Part shown: in pieces, positions 7,922-16,473 of the stretch
How the letters are laid out: every line of letters begins with the position of its first letter
Numbering within the stretch: the stretch's first letter is position 1
Assembly: GCA_964563855.1 (NCBI GenBank)
Contig: CAZLYU010000015.1
Coordinates: 20,172 to 44,171 of the forward strand
Source: an uncultured Planctomycetales bacterium
Lineage (GTDB): Bacteria; Planctomycetota; Phycisphaerae; UBA1845; Fen-1342
DNA: 24,000 nt
Reading direction: 5' to 3'
Notes under the pieces: generated by a model
Databases searched by the model: none
What the model was told of the DNA's origin: nothing
The model's input: the letters and a program-made list of their open reading frames with translations, nothing else
Program-made: the position numbers and the translations under genes

Positions 7922-8743
7922 CTACGCGGTCGCGGTGGTCGATTCGAGGCCCGCTTCGCCGCGGTCGTCTGTTGATCGTCGACGACCGCTTCGGAAGTAG
8001 TTGCTCAGCAGCGCGATGGCCCACACCACCGCCAAAGCCGCCCACGTCCACGGGCCGAGCGACAGCAATCGCTCGCGCATGCCCGTCAGCTCCGAAGCGC
8101 TGAACAAGCCAATCACGAGCAGCATGGCCCCCGCCGTCGCGGCGGTGACCGCCCGAGCGAGGCGCGGCATGAGCATTCCGAAGGCCAGCCCCGCGCCGAG
8201 TGTCGCGAGCGTGATGACGCCCAGGCTGAATTGCAGCGCCGTGGTGTTCGCATTCAGGTAGTCCCATAGCCCTTGCGGAACGACCCAGAGGACGTTGCCG
8301 GCCGGCGCCGCATCCGCTGCCGGCAGCGACACCTGCAGGTCTTCGCCCCGCGCGTAGTCGAGATAAACCGGGTAGAGCACCTGGCCGGCGTAGACGCCGA
8401 CGCCGACGAGCGCGGCGCAGAGACCCAGGAATGCCGCCACCAGCACCTTGGTGAGCACGATGCCGAAGGCGCCGCCGACAATCGCCGCCGCGATGGCGGT
8501 GGGCAGCATCGGCCAGCCAAACCAACCGGACAACGCGGCGCCAAGTTCGGATCCGCCATACACGCCTACGCCGGCCGCGATGAGCGGGGCGAGCTGCGCG
8601 CCGCGCCAGAGGATGAGCGCGGCCCCAACCAGCAAGCAGGCGCTCGCCGCCGCGGGGGCCCACGAGTACAGCCCGGCCAGGTAGTGGTGAGCGAGGCTCA
8701 ACCCGTCTTCAGCCGCCGACGCGATCTCATTCATTCCGTGCAT
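7922..8743 (-). CDS. Polytopic Gly/Ala-rich membrane protein of unknown function (273 aa), last gene of the mur/ddl/ftsQ-like operon
   Basis: The ATG at 8743 lies 3 nt after the stop of the upstream FtsQ-like gene. About seven hydrophobic segments (ACLLVGAALILW, LAPLIAAGVGVYGG, LPTAIAAAIVGGAFGIVLTKVLVAAFLGLCAALVGVGVYAG, LQFSLGVITLATLGAGLAFGML, AVTAATAGAMLLVIGLF, WTWAALAVVWAIALLSNYF) and a charged C-terminal tail. I recognise no family. Confidence 0.65.
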   Translation of the reverse strand: MHGMNEIASAAEDGLSLAHHYLAGLYSWAPAAASACLLVGAALILWRGAQLAPLIAAGVGVYGGSELGAALSGWFGWPMLPTAIAAAIVGGAFGIVLTKVLVAAFLGLCAALVGVGVYAGQVLYPVYLDYARGEDLQVSLPAADAAPAGNVLWVVPQGLWDYLNANTTALQFSLGVITLATLGAGLAFGMLMPRLARAVTAATAGAMLLVIGLFSASELTGMRERLLSLGPWTWAALAVVWAIALLSNYFRSGRRRSTDDRGEAGLESTTATA

Positions 8744-8746
8744 ACA

Positions 8747-9676
8747 CTACTCTCCTGCCGTTCCCGCGGCGCCCGCCGACGCACCCGGCGTGCGGTTCCA
8801 ATACTCGTCGCCAAACGCCCGCACATCGTAGACGCCGTTCGGCGTCGTTTCGCGTGTCAGAAGTTGTTCGACCTTCGCCAGTTTGTCACGCGCCGGGGCT
8901 TCAGTCCCAAACTCGCGACCCGGCGCGCGGCCCCACCACAACATCGCAGGGGGGTTGATCAGCCGAATGCGCAGCCCGCCGGCGCGCGGATCACCGCGCC
9001 GGCTGACGTCGACCGCGCCGATCCGCTCGACGTTGGTCGCCAGACCGGTGCTCATGATGAAGTGCACCAGACGCAGTCCATCAGCCACATCATCGCCCGG
9101 CCAGGCCAACCCCGCGGCGGGTGCGGGGGCGGCGGCTCCGTATACCGGAATCCAACCTGGCGCGAGCCGCTCCGTCTCGCTGGGGTTTACACTCAGCCGG
9201 ACGCCGTCGTGGTCAACGAGATACGCCTGACTTCCATCGACGACCATGGTGAGCGGTTCGCGAAATGTCGCCGCGACGCGGACCCGCCCATCAGACGTCT
9301 TGGTCACGCGCTCGACATCGTCAATCCAAGGCGACTGCTCCGCGCGGTGATAGATCCACGCGCAAAGCTGTGGGGCCGCGGGGCTGGTGCTCGCGTCCAC
9401 TTTCAGGCCCGCTTCGACTTCATCGAGCACGAAGCGGCCGTTGTCGCCTTCCATCCAACCCGGCAACGACACCCATTCGATCCGCAGCGGAAACGCGTTG
9501 GGATCTTCGAGCCGCTGGCGATAGCCAAACGCTTCATCAATGAGTGTGAGTCCGAATCCGAAGCTGAACAGCGTAAGCGCCCACACCGCAACCTTCGAAA
9601 ATCGCTTGGCCGCCGCGCTTGAAATCAGCGGCTTCGACGACTGCTTCGCGCGACTGGTGGAACGACGCTTGGCCAT
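8747..9676 (-). CDS. FtsQ/DivIB-like single-pass protein (POTRA-type core)
   Basis: The ORF track entry 8747..9679 starts at TTG. The ATG is one codon later (9676), 10 nt after the ddl stop. It has a basic N-terminus, one TM helix (VAVWALTLFSFGFGLTLI), and then a pattern typical of FtsQ: IEWVSLPG...VERVTKTSDGRVRVAATFREPLTMVVDGSQAYLVDHDGVRL. It sits in the canonical position directly after murC-murB-ddl. The sequence is divergent, so the call rests partly on synteny. Confidence 0.6.
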   Translation of the reverse strand: MAKRRSTSRAKQSSKPLISSAAAKRFSKVAVWALTLFSFGFGLTLIDEAFGYRQRLEDPNAFPLRIEWVSLPGWMEGDNGRFVLDEVEAGLKVDASTSPAAPQLCAWIYHRAEQSPWIDDVERVTKTSDGRVRVAATFREPLTMVVDGSQAYLVDHDGVRLSVNPSETERLAPGWIPVYGAAAPAPAAGLAWPGDDVADGLRLVHFIMSTGLATNVERIGAVDVSRRGDPRAGGLRIRLINPPAMLWWGRAPGREFGTEAPARDKLAKVEQLLTRETTPNGVYDVRAFGDEYWNRTPGASAGAAGTAGE

Positions 9677-9686
9677 CAAATCAAAC

Positions 9687-10634
9687 TCAGTGTTCCTCGA
9701 CCGCCAGGTGCACGAGCCGATCGACCAGATCGTCGAGCGACAAACCCGCCGCCGCCGCCGCCTTGGGCAACAGTGAGTGGCTCGTGAATCCCGGCATCGT
9801 GTTCACTTCAAGCAACCAGGGCGCGCCGTCGGCGTCGACGATCCAGTCCGCCCGCGCCAAATGACGACAACCGAGCACGCCGCAAACCGCTTCGGTCTGC
9901 CGACGCAGCGCGGCGTGCACCTCGGCTGTGCCGCTGTCGAGACGATATTCGGTGCCCTCGTCGACATATTTGGCTTCATAGTCGTAGAACGCTCGTCGCG
10001 GACGGATGCAGATCGGCGGCAAGGCCGTCCCGTCCAGCCAGCCGACCGCGAACTCGTCTCCGGCAATGAACTGCTCAACCATCACGCTTTCATAGCGAAC
10101 CAGGGCCGCCGTCACTTGTTCCAGCAGCGCGGTCCCATCGTGCACGATGCACACGCCCACGCTGCTGCCCTCGCACGGCGGTTTGACGATCACCGGCCCC
10201 GTCACGTTGGCGAGCGCCGCAGCAACGGGCGTGCCCCGTCGCACGACCTGATCGGAGGGCAAGTTCAGTCCCAACCCCCCAAGCCGGGCTTTCGTCTTCA
10301 GCTTGTCGATGCACAGGCGGGAAACGTCGCTGTTGGAGCCGACGAACCGCACCCGCCGCGCTTCCAATAATTCCTGCAGCGCGCCGTCTTCGCCAAACTC
10401 GCCATGCAGCGCCGGAAAGACCACATCCGCCGGCGCGTCAAGCGCGGTCTGGTCGCTCGGGGTGATGTCGCGTCGTTCGACGTCGTGCCCCCGGCGCTCC
10501 AAGGCCGCCGCGATCGCCGCTCCAGACGCCTCGCTGACCGCCCGCTCCGAGCCGGGGCCTCCGGCGAGAACAAGAACGCGGAGCTTGCGGGCGGTGCGGA
10601 ATGATTCCATAGGCGGTGCGGCCGCGGCGTGCAT
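9687..10634 (-). CDS. ddl: D-alanine--D-alanine ligase
   Basis: The ORF track entry 9687..10718 overlaps murB. I prefer the ATG at 10634 because GGAG lies 7 nt upstream, in the 13-nt gap after the murB stop. ATG 10610 is an alternative. Ddl motifs: KLRVLVLAGGPGSERAVS, FPALHGEFGEDGALQELLE, DKLKTK, VIVKPPCEGSSVGV, EVNTMPGFTSHSLLPKAA. Confidence 0.9.
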   Translation of the reverse strand: MHAAAAPPMESFRTARKLRVLVLAGGPGSERAVSEASGAAIAAALERRGHDVERRDITPSDQTALDAPADVVFPALHGEFGEDGALQELLEARRVRFVGSNSDVSRLCIDKLKTKARLGGLGLNLPSDQVVRRGTPVAAALANVTGPVIVKPPCEGSSVGVCIVHDGTALLEQVTAALVRYESVMVEQFIAGDEFAVGWLDGTALPPICIRPRRAFYDYEAKYVDEGTEYRLDSGTAEVHAALRRQTEAVCGVLGCRHLARADWIVDADGAPWLLEVNTMPGFTSHSLLPKAAAAAGLSLDDLVDRLVHLAVEEH

Positions 10635-10647
10635 CGGGTGACTCCAT

Positions 10648-11529
10648 TCACCAGATGTCGACTTCCAACTCGAGTTCGACGCCGTATGCCGCCAGAACCC
10701 GCTGTTTCGCCAACTCAATCAAGTCTATCACATCGCGCGCCCGTGCGTCAGCCGCGGCCACGATGAAGTTGGCGTGGCGCGTGCTGATCTCGGCGCCGCC
10801 GCGTCGCTCGCCCTTGAGCCCCGCTTCGTCGATCAGTCGGCCGGCGGCGTGCTGCGGCGGATTCTTGAAGATGCAACCGGCGCTGCGCTTCGACACCGGC
10901 GGCTGCTCGCCAGCCTTCTCAGACCAGATGCGTCGATATCGAGCATGCAGCGACTCGCGCTCGGCTGGCTCCAGCGCGAAGGTCGCTTCGAGCACCAGCG
11001 CACGCCCGATGTCGCTGCGTCGATAGCCAAACGCACGCTCATCAACCGACCGCTCTTCCACCACCCCGCTCGGCTGCATCAGCCGCACACGCCGCACCGC
11101 GTCCGCGATGCAGCCGTAGCGTCCGCCGGCGTTCATGCGCACCAGCCCACCGACCGTGCCGGGTACACCGGCCAGGCCTTCGAGCCCGCTCAGCCCGTGC
11201 TCGACCGCGCCGCGCACGAGCGCCATAAAGTCGACCCCGCCGCCCGCCGTCACACTCCCATCCCGCCATGAGATGCCGCCAAACGCGGGCGCCGTCAGCC
11301 GCACGACCGCGCCCGCGAAACCCTCGTCGCGCACCAGCACGTTGGCGCCGCCGCCCAGCACCCGCCACGGCACGTCGTGCTCCGTGAGGCGGCGTAAGAC
11401 GTCGCTTAGCTCCGCCTCACGCGTCGGCGTCACCAGCCACCGCGCAGGGCCGCCGAGCCGATACCACGTCAGCGGCGCAAGCGGCGCATCAGGTTGGCAG
11501 ATGTGCTCCAAGCCGGTGCACCAACTCAT
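10648..11529 (-). CDS. murB: UDP-N-acetylenolpyruvoylglucosamine reductase
   Basis: ATG at 11529, 293 aa. MurB motifs: LTWYRLGGPARWLV, WRVLGGGANVLVRDEGFAGAVVRL, GLAGVPGTVGGLVRMNAGG, SAGCIFKNP, AGRLIDEAGLKG, ISTRHANFIV. The start overlaps the murC 3' end by 41 nt. Confidence 0.9.
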   Translation of the reverse strand: MSWCTGLEHICQPDAPLAPLTWYRLGGPARWLVTPTREAELSDVLRRLTEHDVPWRVLGGGANVLVRDEGFAGAVVRLTAPAFGGISWRDGSVTAGGGVDFMALVRGAVEHGLSGLEGLAGVPGTVGGLVRMNAGGRYGCIADAVRRVRLMQPSGVVEERSVDERAFGYRRSDIGRALVLEATFALEPAERESLHARYRRIWSEKAGEQPPVSKRSAGCIFKNPPQHAAGRLIDEAGLKGERRGGAEISTRHANFIVAAADARARDVIDLIELAKQRVLAAYGVELELEVDIW

Positions 11530-12931
11530 CGGCCAGTTTCCAGATTGATCCGGCCCCCATGGTGATCACGACGTCCCCAGGACGGATGTTCGCCTCCAGA
11601 TAAGCGGCGATCGCGGTGAAATCCGGGATGTACTCGGCGTCGCCGCCGGCCGCTTCAATACGCGTCACGAGATCTGCGGCGCGCACCTCGTCGCGGTCGC
11701 GCTCACTGTCGCGCACAAAGTAGATATCGGGCACGACGATGCGATCGGCTTCGGCGAAGCTCCGCGCGAAATCTTCGAGCAGGAAGCGCGTTCGCGAGTG
11801 CTGATGCGGCTGAAACACGCACCAGAGACGCTGCGGTTTGTATTGGGCGCGCGTGGCCGCCAGTGTCGCGCGGATTTCGGTTGGGTGGTGGGCGTAGTCG
11901 TCGAGCAAGGTGACCCCGTCGACCACGCCGCGCAGCTCGAGCCGCCGACCGACGCCGCGAAATGCGCGCAACCCGGCCGCAAGTGGTTCAAACGCGACGC
12001 CGTGATGCGTCGCCAACGCCGCCACGGCCAGCGCATTCGACATGTTGTGCTTGCCCGGCAGGCCGAGCTGCACGCGGCCCAGTCGCTGCCCGTCGCGAAT
12101 GAGATCGAACGCGTAGCGACCGTCGTGAACGGTGATCGCTTCGGGTCGCCACGTGGCGTCCGGATGTTCGCCGAACGTTTCGCACCGCGCCCCCCAACCG
12201 CCCGACAGACCGCGACATCCCGCATCGTCCGCATTCAGCAACAGCAGTCCGCCGGTCGGCAGACGCCGCGAGAAATCGACGAAGGCGCGCTGAATGTCGG
12301 CGAGGTCGGCGTAGTAGTCGAGGTGGTCTTCCTCAAGGTTGAGTATGACGGCGCTGCGCGGCTCAAGATGCAGGAACGAGCGGTCGTATTCGCACGCCTC
12401 GGCGACGAACAGCCGTCCTTTGCCGACGCCGCTGCCACCCCCGAGTTGCGGGCTGATGGCGCCGACCACGAAGTTCGGACTAAGCCCGGCCTCGGTGAGC
12501 ACGAATGCGAGCCACGCGGTGGTGGTGCTCTTGCCGTGCGTGCCGCTGATCGCGACGCCGTCGGCCCGCCCCATGAGGTGGCCGAGCAGTTGCGCGTACT
12601 TCACGACCGGAACGCCTTGCGCGACTGCGGCGGTCAGATGTGGGTGCTCCGGCTTCGCCGCGGCAGACGCCGCCACGAGGTGCACGTGCTCAGGGAAGGT
12701 GTTGACGGACTCGTCTTGCGTGACCAGTGCGCCGAGGTCCTGCAGACGGCGCGTGATCGGCGAGGTGTGCATGTCGCAGCCGCTGACGCGCACCCCCTGG
12801 TGCAGAAGCATGGCGGCAAGCCCGGACATACCGCTCCCGCCGATACCGACCATGTGGACGCGGCAGCCAGCCAACGATCCATCGGGCAGCAGCGCCGCAA
12901 CGCCGTTTCGCGATCCATGCGAAGTGTCCAC
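11489..12931 (-). CDS. murC: UDP-N-acetylmuramate--L-alanine ligase
   Basis: GTG start at 12931, with no upstream ATG in frame. This leaves ~24 aa before the conserved VHMVGIGGSGMSGLAAML, comparable to E. coli MurC. Other Mur ligase motifs: ISGTHGKSTTTAWLA, LNLEEDHLDYY, DDYAHHPTEI. 480 aa. Confidence 0.9.
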   Translation of the reverse strand: MDTSHGSRNGVAALLPDGSLAGCRVHMVGIGGSGMSGLAAMLLHQGVRVSGCDMHTSPITRRLQDLGALVTQDESVNTFPEHVHLVAASAAAKPEHPHLTAAVAQGVPVVKYAQLLGHLMGRADGVAISGTHGKSTTTAWLAFVLTEAGLSPNFVVGAISPQLGGGSGVGKGRLFVAEACEYDRSFLHLEPRSAVILNLEEDHLDYYADLADIQRAFVDFSRRLPTGGLLLLNADDAGCRGLSGGWGARCETFGEHPDATWRPEAITVHDGRYAFDLIRDGQRLGRVQLGLPGKHNMSNALAVAALATHHGVAFEPLAAGLRAFRGVGRRLELRGVVDGVTLLDDYAHHPTEIRATLAATRAQYKPQRLWCVFQPHQHSRTRFLLEDFARSFAEADRIVVPDIYFVRDSERDRDEVRAADLVTRIEAAGGDAEYIPDFTAIAAYLEANIRPGDVVITMGAGSIWKLADELVHRLGAHLPT

Positions 12932-13028
12932 GTAAACAACTTACCACACGCTGCAACGACTTTCGCATCCGGAGCGCAGAAATGGCCCCGGCGGCGGGGG
13001 GGCTCCACCAGGGGGCGTCCATCGCCGG

Positions 13029-14078
13029 TTAGAGTCGCAGCACCTCCGCGGCGCGCTCAAACACGATTTCGTTGAAACCCGCACAGCGGAACGCCGCCGC
13101 CGAAATGTGCGCGAACGACGCATACGCCGGCAAATGCCGACCAAATCGCCAGCGCAGCAGCGGAACCGCCGGTGGAACCGGGTAGTCGCTGCCGAACAGC
13201 AACTTATGGTGCAGTCCCTGCCGCGCCGCCACGACACGCAAGCTCCGCAGCTTGCCCCACGCCGCCAATGCCGAGATATCGGCGTAGAGCGGGGCGTCGG
13301 CGAAATCGTGGCGCAGCGCGTGGATCAATACGTGATAGTCGCGCCAGCTTCCCCACGGCCCGACCGGCGTCGCGAGGTGCGCGATGATGACCTTTGGCAT
13401 GCCCCCGCGCTGCCGCATGCGAGTCAACAGCTCAAGGAACGGCGCCACCGGCCGGTATGCGGGGTGATTGGTGCGCAGCGTGAACTCCGGGCCCAGGTGC
13501 AGCAGCAACGGCAGGTCGAGCTCGCGACACTTCGCGAAGAACCGCTCCGTTCGTGCGTCGTGCGGGCTGACGTTTTGGTGCAGCGGAATGAGCTTGAGCA
13601 GGCAAGCCCCCGCGCTCACGACCTCTTCGAGCGCCGCCTCGGCGTCGTGGCGGTACGGGTGCACCGACGCGCCAAACAGCCACCGTCCGTCAGACGCCGC
13701 GCAAGCCGCGCGGACGGTGGCGTTTGACGTGAACATGTCGCTGCCGCAGCCCGAGCCGCGATCGGGAAGCGGGGGGCGCGCTCCGGCGTCATCGTGATAC
13801 GCGTCAAACGCCAGCAGCACGAAGCGCGTCACCGGTCCGTCGCCGCCGAGGTGCAGTGCGTGCGTGCGCGCGAGCGCCTCATCGATCACGCTGTTGTCGC
13901 GCGGCAAGCCCAGCGTCCGGCGTAGCATGCGGAACGCAAGTCGACGCTCCGCCCGCGGCGCAATCGCAGCCCCCAGGTGCTGTGGGTCGGCAGGATCGTC
14001 GGTGGGCGCCTCAAACGCGAAGCCAACCGCGGGCGCCGGGGCGCGACGAAACACATAATGGCAATGCATGTCGATCAT
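13029..14078 (-). CDS. Metal-dependent amidohydrolase-fold (TIM-barrel, Amidohydro_2-like) hydrolase
   Basis: ATG at 14078, 349 aa. N-terminal MIDMHCH (HxH metal motif). Later motifs are GASVHPY, LLLHLGPE, IIAHLA and LLFGSDYP, consistent with the amidohydrolase superfamily. It is on the same strand as murC and 97 nt upstream of it. The substrate cannot be told from sequence. Confidence 0.65.
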   Translation of the reverse strand: MIDMHCHYVFRRAPAPAVGFAFEAPTDDPADPQHLGAAIAPRAERRLAFRMLRRTLGLPRDNSVIDEALARTHALHLGGDGPVTRFVLLAFDAYHDDAGARPPLPDRGSGCGSDMFTSNATVRAACAASDGRWLFGASVHPYRHDAEAALEEVVSAGACLLKLIPLHQNVSPHDARTERFFAKCRELDLPLLLHLGPEFTLRTNHPAYRPVAPFLELLTRMRQRGGMPKVIIAHLATPVGPWGSWRDYHVLIHALRHDFADAPLYADISALAAWGKLRSLRVVAARQGLHHKLLFGSDYPVPPAVPLLRWRFGRHLPAYASFAHISAAAFRCAGFNEIVFERAAEVLRL

Positions 14079-14160
14079 GTTGTCTACTTGCGGCTGCGGC
14101 GCAACCCCTGCGCAGCGAGCTCACCGGGCGGATTATCCGACGGAAGGCGGTTGTGGCAAA

Positions 14161-14189
14161 TTGACCGCACGATAACCGCTTGTCATCAT
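14161..14189 (+). promoter_or_regulatory. Candidate sigma70-like promoter for the secreted-protein/ResB-like gene pair
   Basis: TTGACC (14161-14166), 17-nt spacer, CATCAT (14184-14189). The predicted 5' UTR is ~85 nt and ends in GAGGAA ~7-9 nt before the ATG at 14282. By-eye consensus match only. Confidence 0.3.
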
Positions 14190-14281
14190 CAGGTTTGCTG
14201 GTGTCGACTGCTATGACCTGATGCGATGCGCCGCCGCTCGGTCGCGCTCGCGTTCGCCGACGTTGCCTGAGGAACGCTCCA

Positions 14282-15358
14282 ATGCTTCGACTTCACGTCA
14301 CCTGCCTCTGCTCGCTGCTGCTGCTGGCTAACGTCGGCGTGGCACAGCCGGTTGCCGACCCGAACGCCGTGACCGATCCCAACGCAGTCGTCGCCGAGCC
14401 AACGCCCGCAAACGGGCGACAGCCGCTCGTCGCGATCGCGATTGAAGTGAACGGCGACGTCTCGTTTGCACCGCTCGATCCCAACGGTGCGGTCGGGGAG
14501 TTCGCCCCGCTCGAGGTCGATCAGGAACTCAGCGAGCTGACCGTGGTGCGCACCGGGGTGCTCTCGTCCGCCAAATTCCAGTTTGGGCGCGAAGAACCCT
14601 ACTCGGCGGCGGTCCTCGATTCGGCGAGCGAACTGACGCTCAGCGAGATCAACAAGGACAACACGTCGAAGCGCGTCCGACTGGGCCTGAGTTACGGCCA
14701 GGTGCGGGCCGGCGTTGCAGAGGGGGGCTTGCAGTCGGATTTCACGATCGACAGCCCGATTGCGTCGCTCTCGAAGGAGGGCACGTGGGACTTTTATATG
14801 TCCTATGAGCAGTACACGCAGCGCTTTGAAATCGGGTTGCTCGAGTTCGGCCTCGTGAAGGCGCTCAACCGGGCGACCGGTCAGTCCCGCCGGGTGCTTC
14901 CGCAGCAGTACGTCACCAACACGCTGCGCCTGTGGCTGGATCAAGCGGATCGCCGCAGCGCGGTGGCGATCAACGACATGCTTGGCCAGAGCGACATCGA
15001 AATCGCGTACAACCGGCTGCAGAACGACGGACTGGGCGTCATCGAACCCGGGTCGGGCCGCGTGACGCAGCTTCAGCTGAACAACCCCACGGCGCAAGGC
15101 CTCTTCGCTGACACGATTCGCAACAGCATTGGCGGTCCGCTGCCGATCGGCGGGGGACCGGTCATCCCGCCGAACGTGATCACCCCGCCCGCGATCCGAC
15201 GCCCTGAGGGGTTCTTCGGAACGGGCCGCGGCGACGATCTCGTAAACGTGTTGATCTCGGCGGACAGCGAACTGGCGGGCCGCGGTTTCGCGCAACCCGG
15301 CCGCTATCTTTTCCGACGTTCGGCATTGCAAAACTGGATGCACAAACACGGACGCTGA
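14282..15358 (+). CDS. Secreted protein of unknown function (signal peptide; possible FecR-like beta domain)
   Basis: ATG at 14282. Signal peptide MLRLHVTCLCSLLLLANVGVA|QP, followed by a DPNAV(T/V) mini-repeat. The balanced composition (F, Y, N, Q, I, K present) and strong third-position GC contrast with the Arg-rich antisense ORF 14189..15349. The stretch VAIAIEVNGDVSFAP...LEVDQELSELTVVRTGVLSSAKFQF...AAVLDSASELTLSEI loosely resembles FecR-type domains (low confidence). Confidence 0.7.
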   Translation: MLRLHVTCLCSLLLLANVGVAQPVADPNAVTDPNAVVAEPTPANGRQPLVAIAIEVNGDVSFAPLDPNGAVGEFAPLEVDQELSELTVVRTGVLSSAKFQFGREEPYSAAVLDSASELTLSEINKDNTSKRVRLGLSYGQVRAGVAEGGLQSDFTIDSPIASLSKEGTWDFYMSYEQYTQRFEIGLLEFGLVKALNRATGQSRRVLPQQYVTNTLRLWLDQADRRSAVAINDMLGQSDIEIAYNRLQNDGLGVIEPGSGRVTQLQLNNPTAQGLFADTIRNSIGGPLPIGGGPVIPPNVITPPAIRRPEGFFGTGRGDDLVNVLISADSELAGRGFAQPGRYLFRRSALQNWMHKHGR

Positions 15359-15405
15359 TCACACGCGTCGTCCAATAGCCGTCGGTCGCGGCTTTCCCCT
15401 ACATT

Positions 15406-16473
15406 ATGCCGATGCGAAGCCTGCTCCTTCATATCGGCTCTCTCTGGTACGCGGCGGTCTTGCTCGTGTTGTGGGCCATTACCAGTGGCGCCGCGACGGC
15501 GTTTGAGGCGCTGCATTCCGCTGAGCGGACGCTCGCGCTGTTTTACGGCGCGTGGTGGTTTACCGCGCTGCTGGTCCTTATCAGCGTAAACACGTTGGCG
15601 TCGCTGATTACGCGGTGGCCCTATTCGCGTAAGCAGCTCGGCTACGTCGTGACGCACCTCTCGCTCATCGTCGTCTTCGCGGGCGCGTGGGTGACGCGCA
15701 ATTTCTCGATTGACGGCGTCATCAACGTCGGTGAAGGCGACGTCGTGACCGAGATGCAATTGCGCGGATCATTCGATCTCGTGCTTCGCGACGCCCGCAA
15801 CCCCGACCGCTTTAGCGCGTTCACGCTGCCGGCGGACGTCGCGAACAGCCTGAACACCGTGACCGAGCCGTCGCTCCCGACGCTCACGCTCGACGGCGTA
15901 CGCGTGATGGTTGCCGCTCACTTTGCGGATGCGACGGTGGATGAAAGCGGCAACATCAATCCCGTTTCGCCGCCACGCCGCCGCGACCGGCAACCCGTTT
16001 TGGCTTTGCAGATCGAACAGGGCGACGGGCGTCGATCGATCGCGCTGCAGCGCTACTTTCTGTGGCGCGAACGACTCGGCGGCCGAGCCTACGAAGTCAT
16101 CTATCAGCCGACGCCTTATCCGCTGGACTTCGCGGTGCGACTCGACGACTTCGAGATGCGCCACTATCCCGGCGGTACGTCGCCGCGCTCCTTTAGCAGC
16201 GATCTCACGATCGCGCGGCCCGGCGACGAATCGTTCACCGCGACGGTCAGCATGAATCGACCGCTGGCGTACGCCGGATTCGACTTTTTCCAATCGCAGT
16301 ACGCAGTGCGCGAAGGGCGCGAGTTCAGTACGCTCACGCTGTCGCACGATCCGGGTCGGGTGATCGCTTACACCGGCTACATTGGCTTGATGACCGGCAT
16401 GCTGCTCGTGTTCGTGGAACGTCTCCGCGCTCAGCGGATTCGCTCGGCGGCGGGGACGGCGGCGTCGCGGTAG
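15406..16473 (+). CDS. ResB/Ccs1-family cytochrome c biogenesis-like membrane protein (short form, 355 aa)
   Basis: ATG at 15406, 47 nt after the secreted-protein gene. The topology is ResB-like: three N-terminal TM helices including VVTHLSLIVVFAGAWV (conserved His), an extracytoplasmic domain, the motif VSMNRPLAYAGFDFFQSQY (compare the ResB N-x-P-L-x-Y-x-G-x-x-(F/Y)-Q-S-S-Y block), and a C-terminal TM helix VIAYTGYIGLMTGMLLVFV. Confidence 0.65.
   Translation: MPMRSLLLHIGSLWYAAVLLVLWAITSGAATAFEALHSAERTLALFYGAWWFTALLVLISVNTLASLITRWPYSRKQLGYVVTHLSLIVVFAGAWVTRNFSIDGVINVGEGDVVTEMQLRGSFDLVLRDARNPDRFSAFTLPADVANSLNTVTEPSLPTLTLDGVRVMVAAHFADATVDESGNINPVSPPRRRDRQPVLALQIEQGDGRRSIALQRYFLWRERLGGRAYEVIYQPTPYPLDFAVRLDDFEMRHYPGGTSPRSFSSDLTIARPGDESFTATVSMNRPLAYAGFDFFQSQYAVREGREFSTLTLSHDPGRVIAYTGYIGLMTGMLLVFVERLRAQRIRSAAGTAASR

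Noticed and set aside
14345-14400. Short tandem DPNAV(T/V) repeat at the DNA and protein level just after the signal peptide of the secreted protein
   Set aside because: There are only two copies of a 5-6-aa low-complexity linker. It is not a meaningful repeat array.
14189-15349. 386-aa minus-strand ORF opposite the secreted-protein gene
   Set aside because: The plus-strand frame has a clean signal peptide, balanced composition and G/C-ending codons. The minus ORF is Arg-rich (many RR, RRR runs) with no motifs. Shadow ORF.
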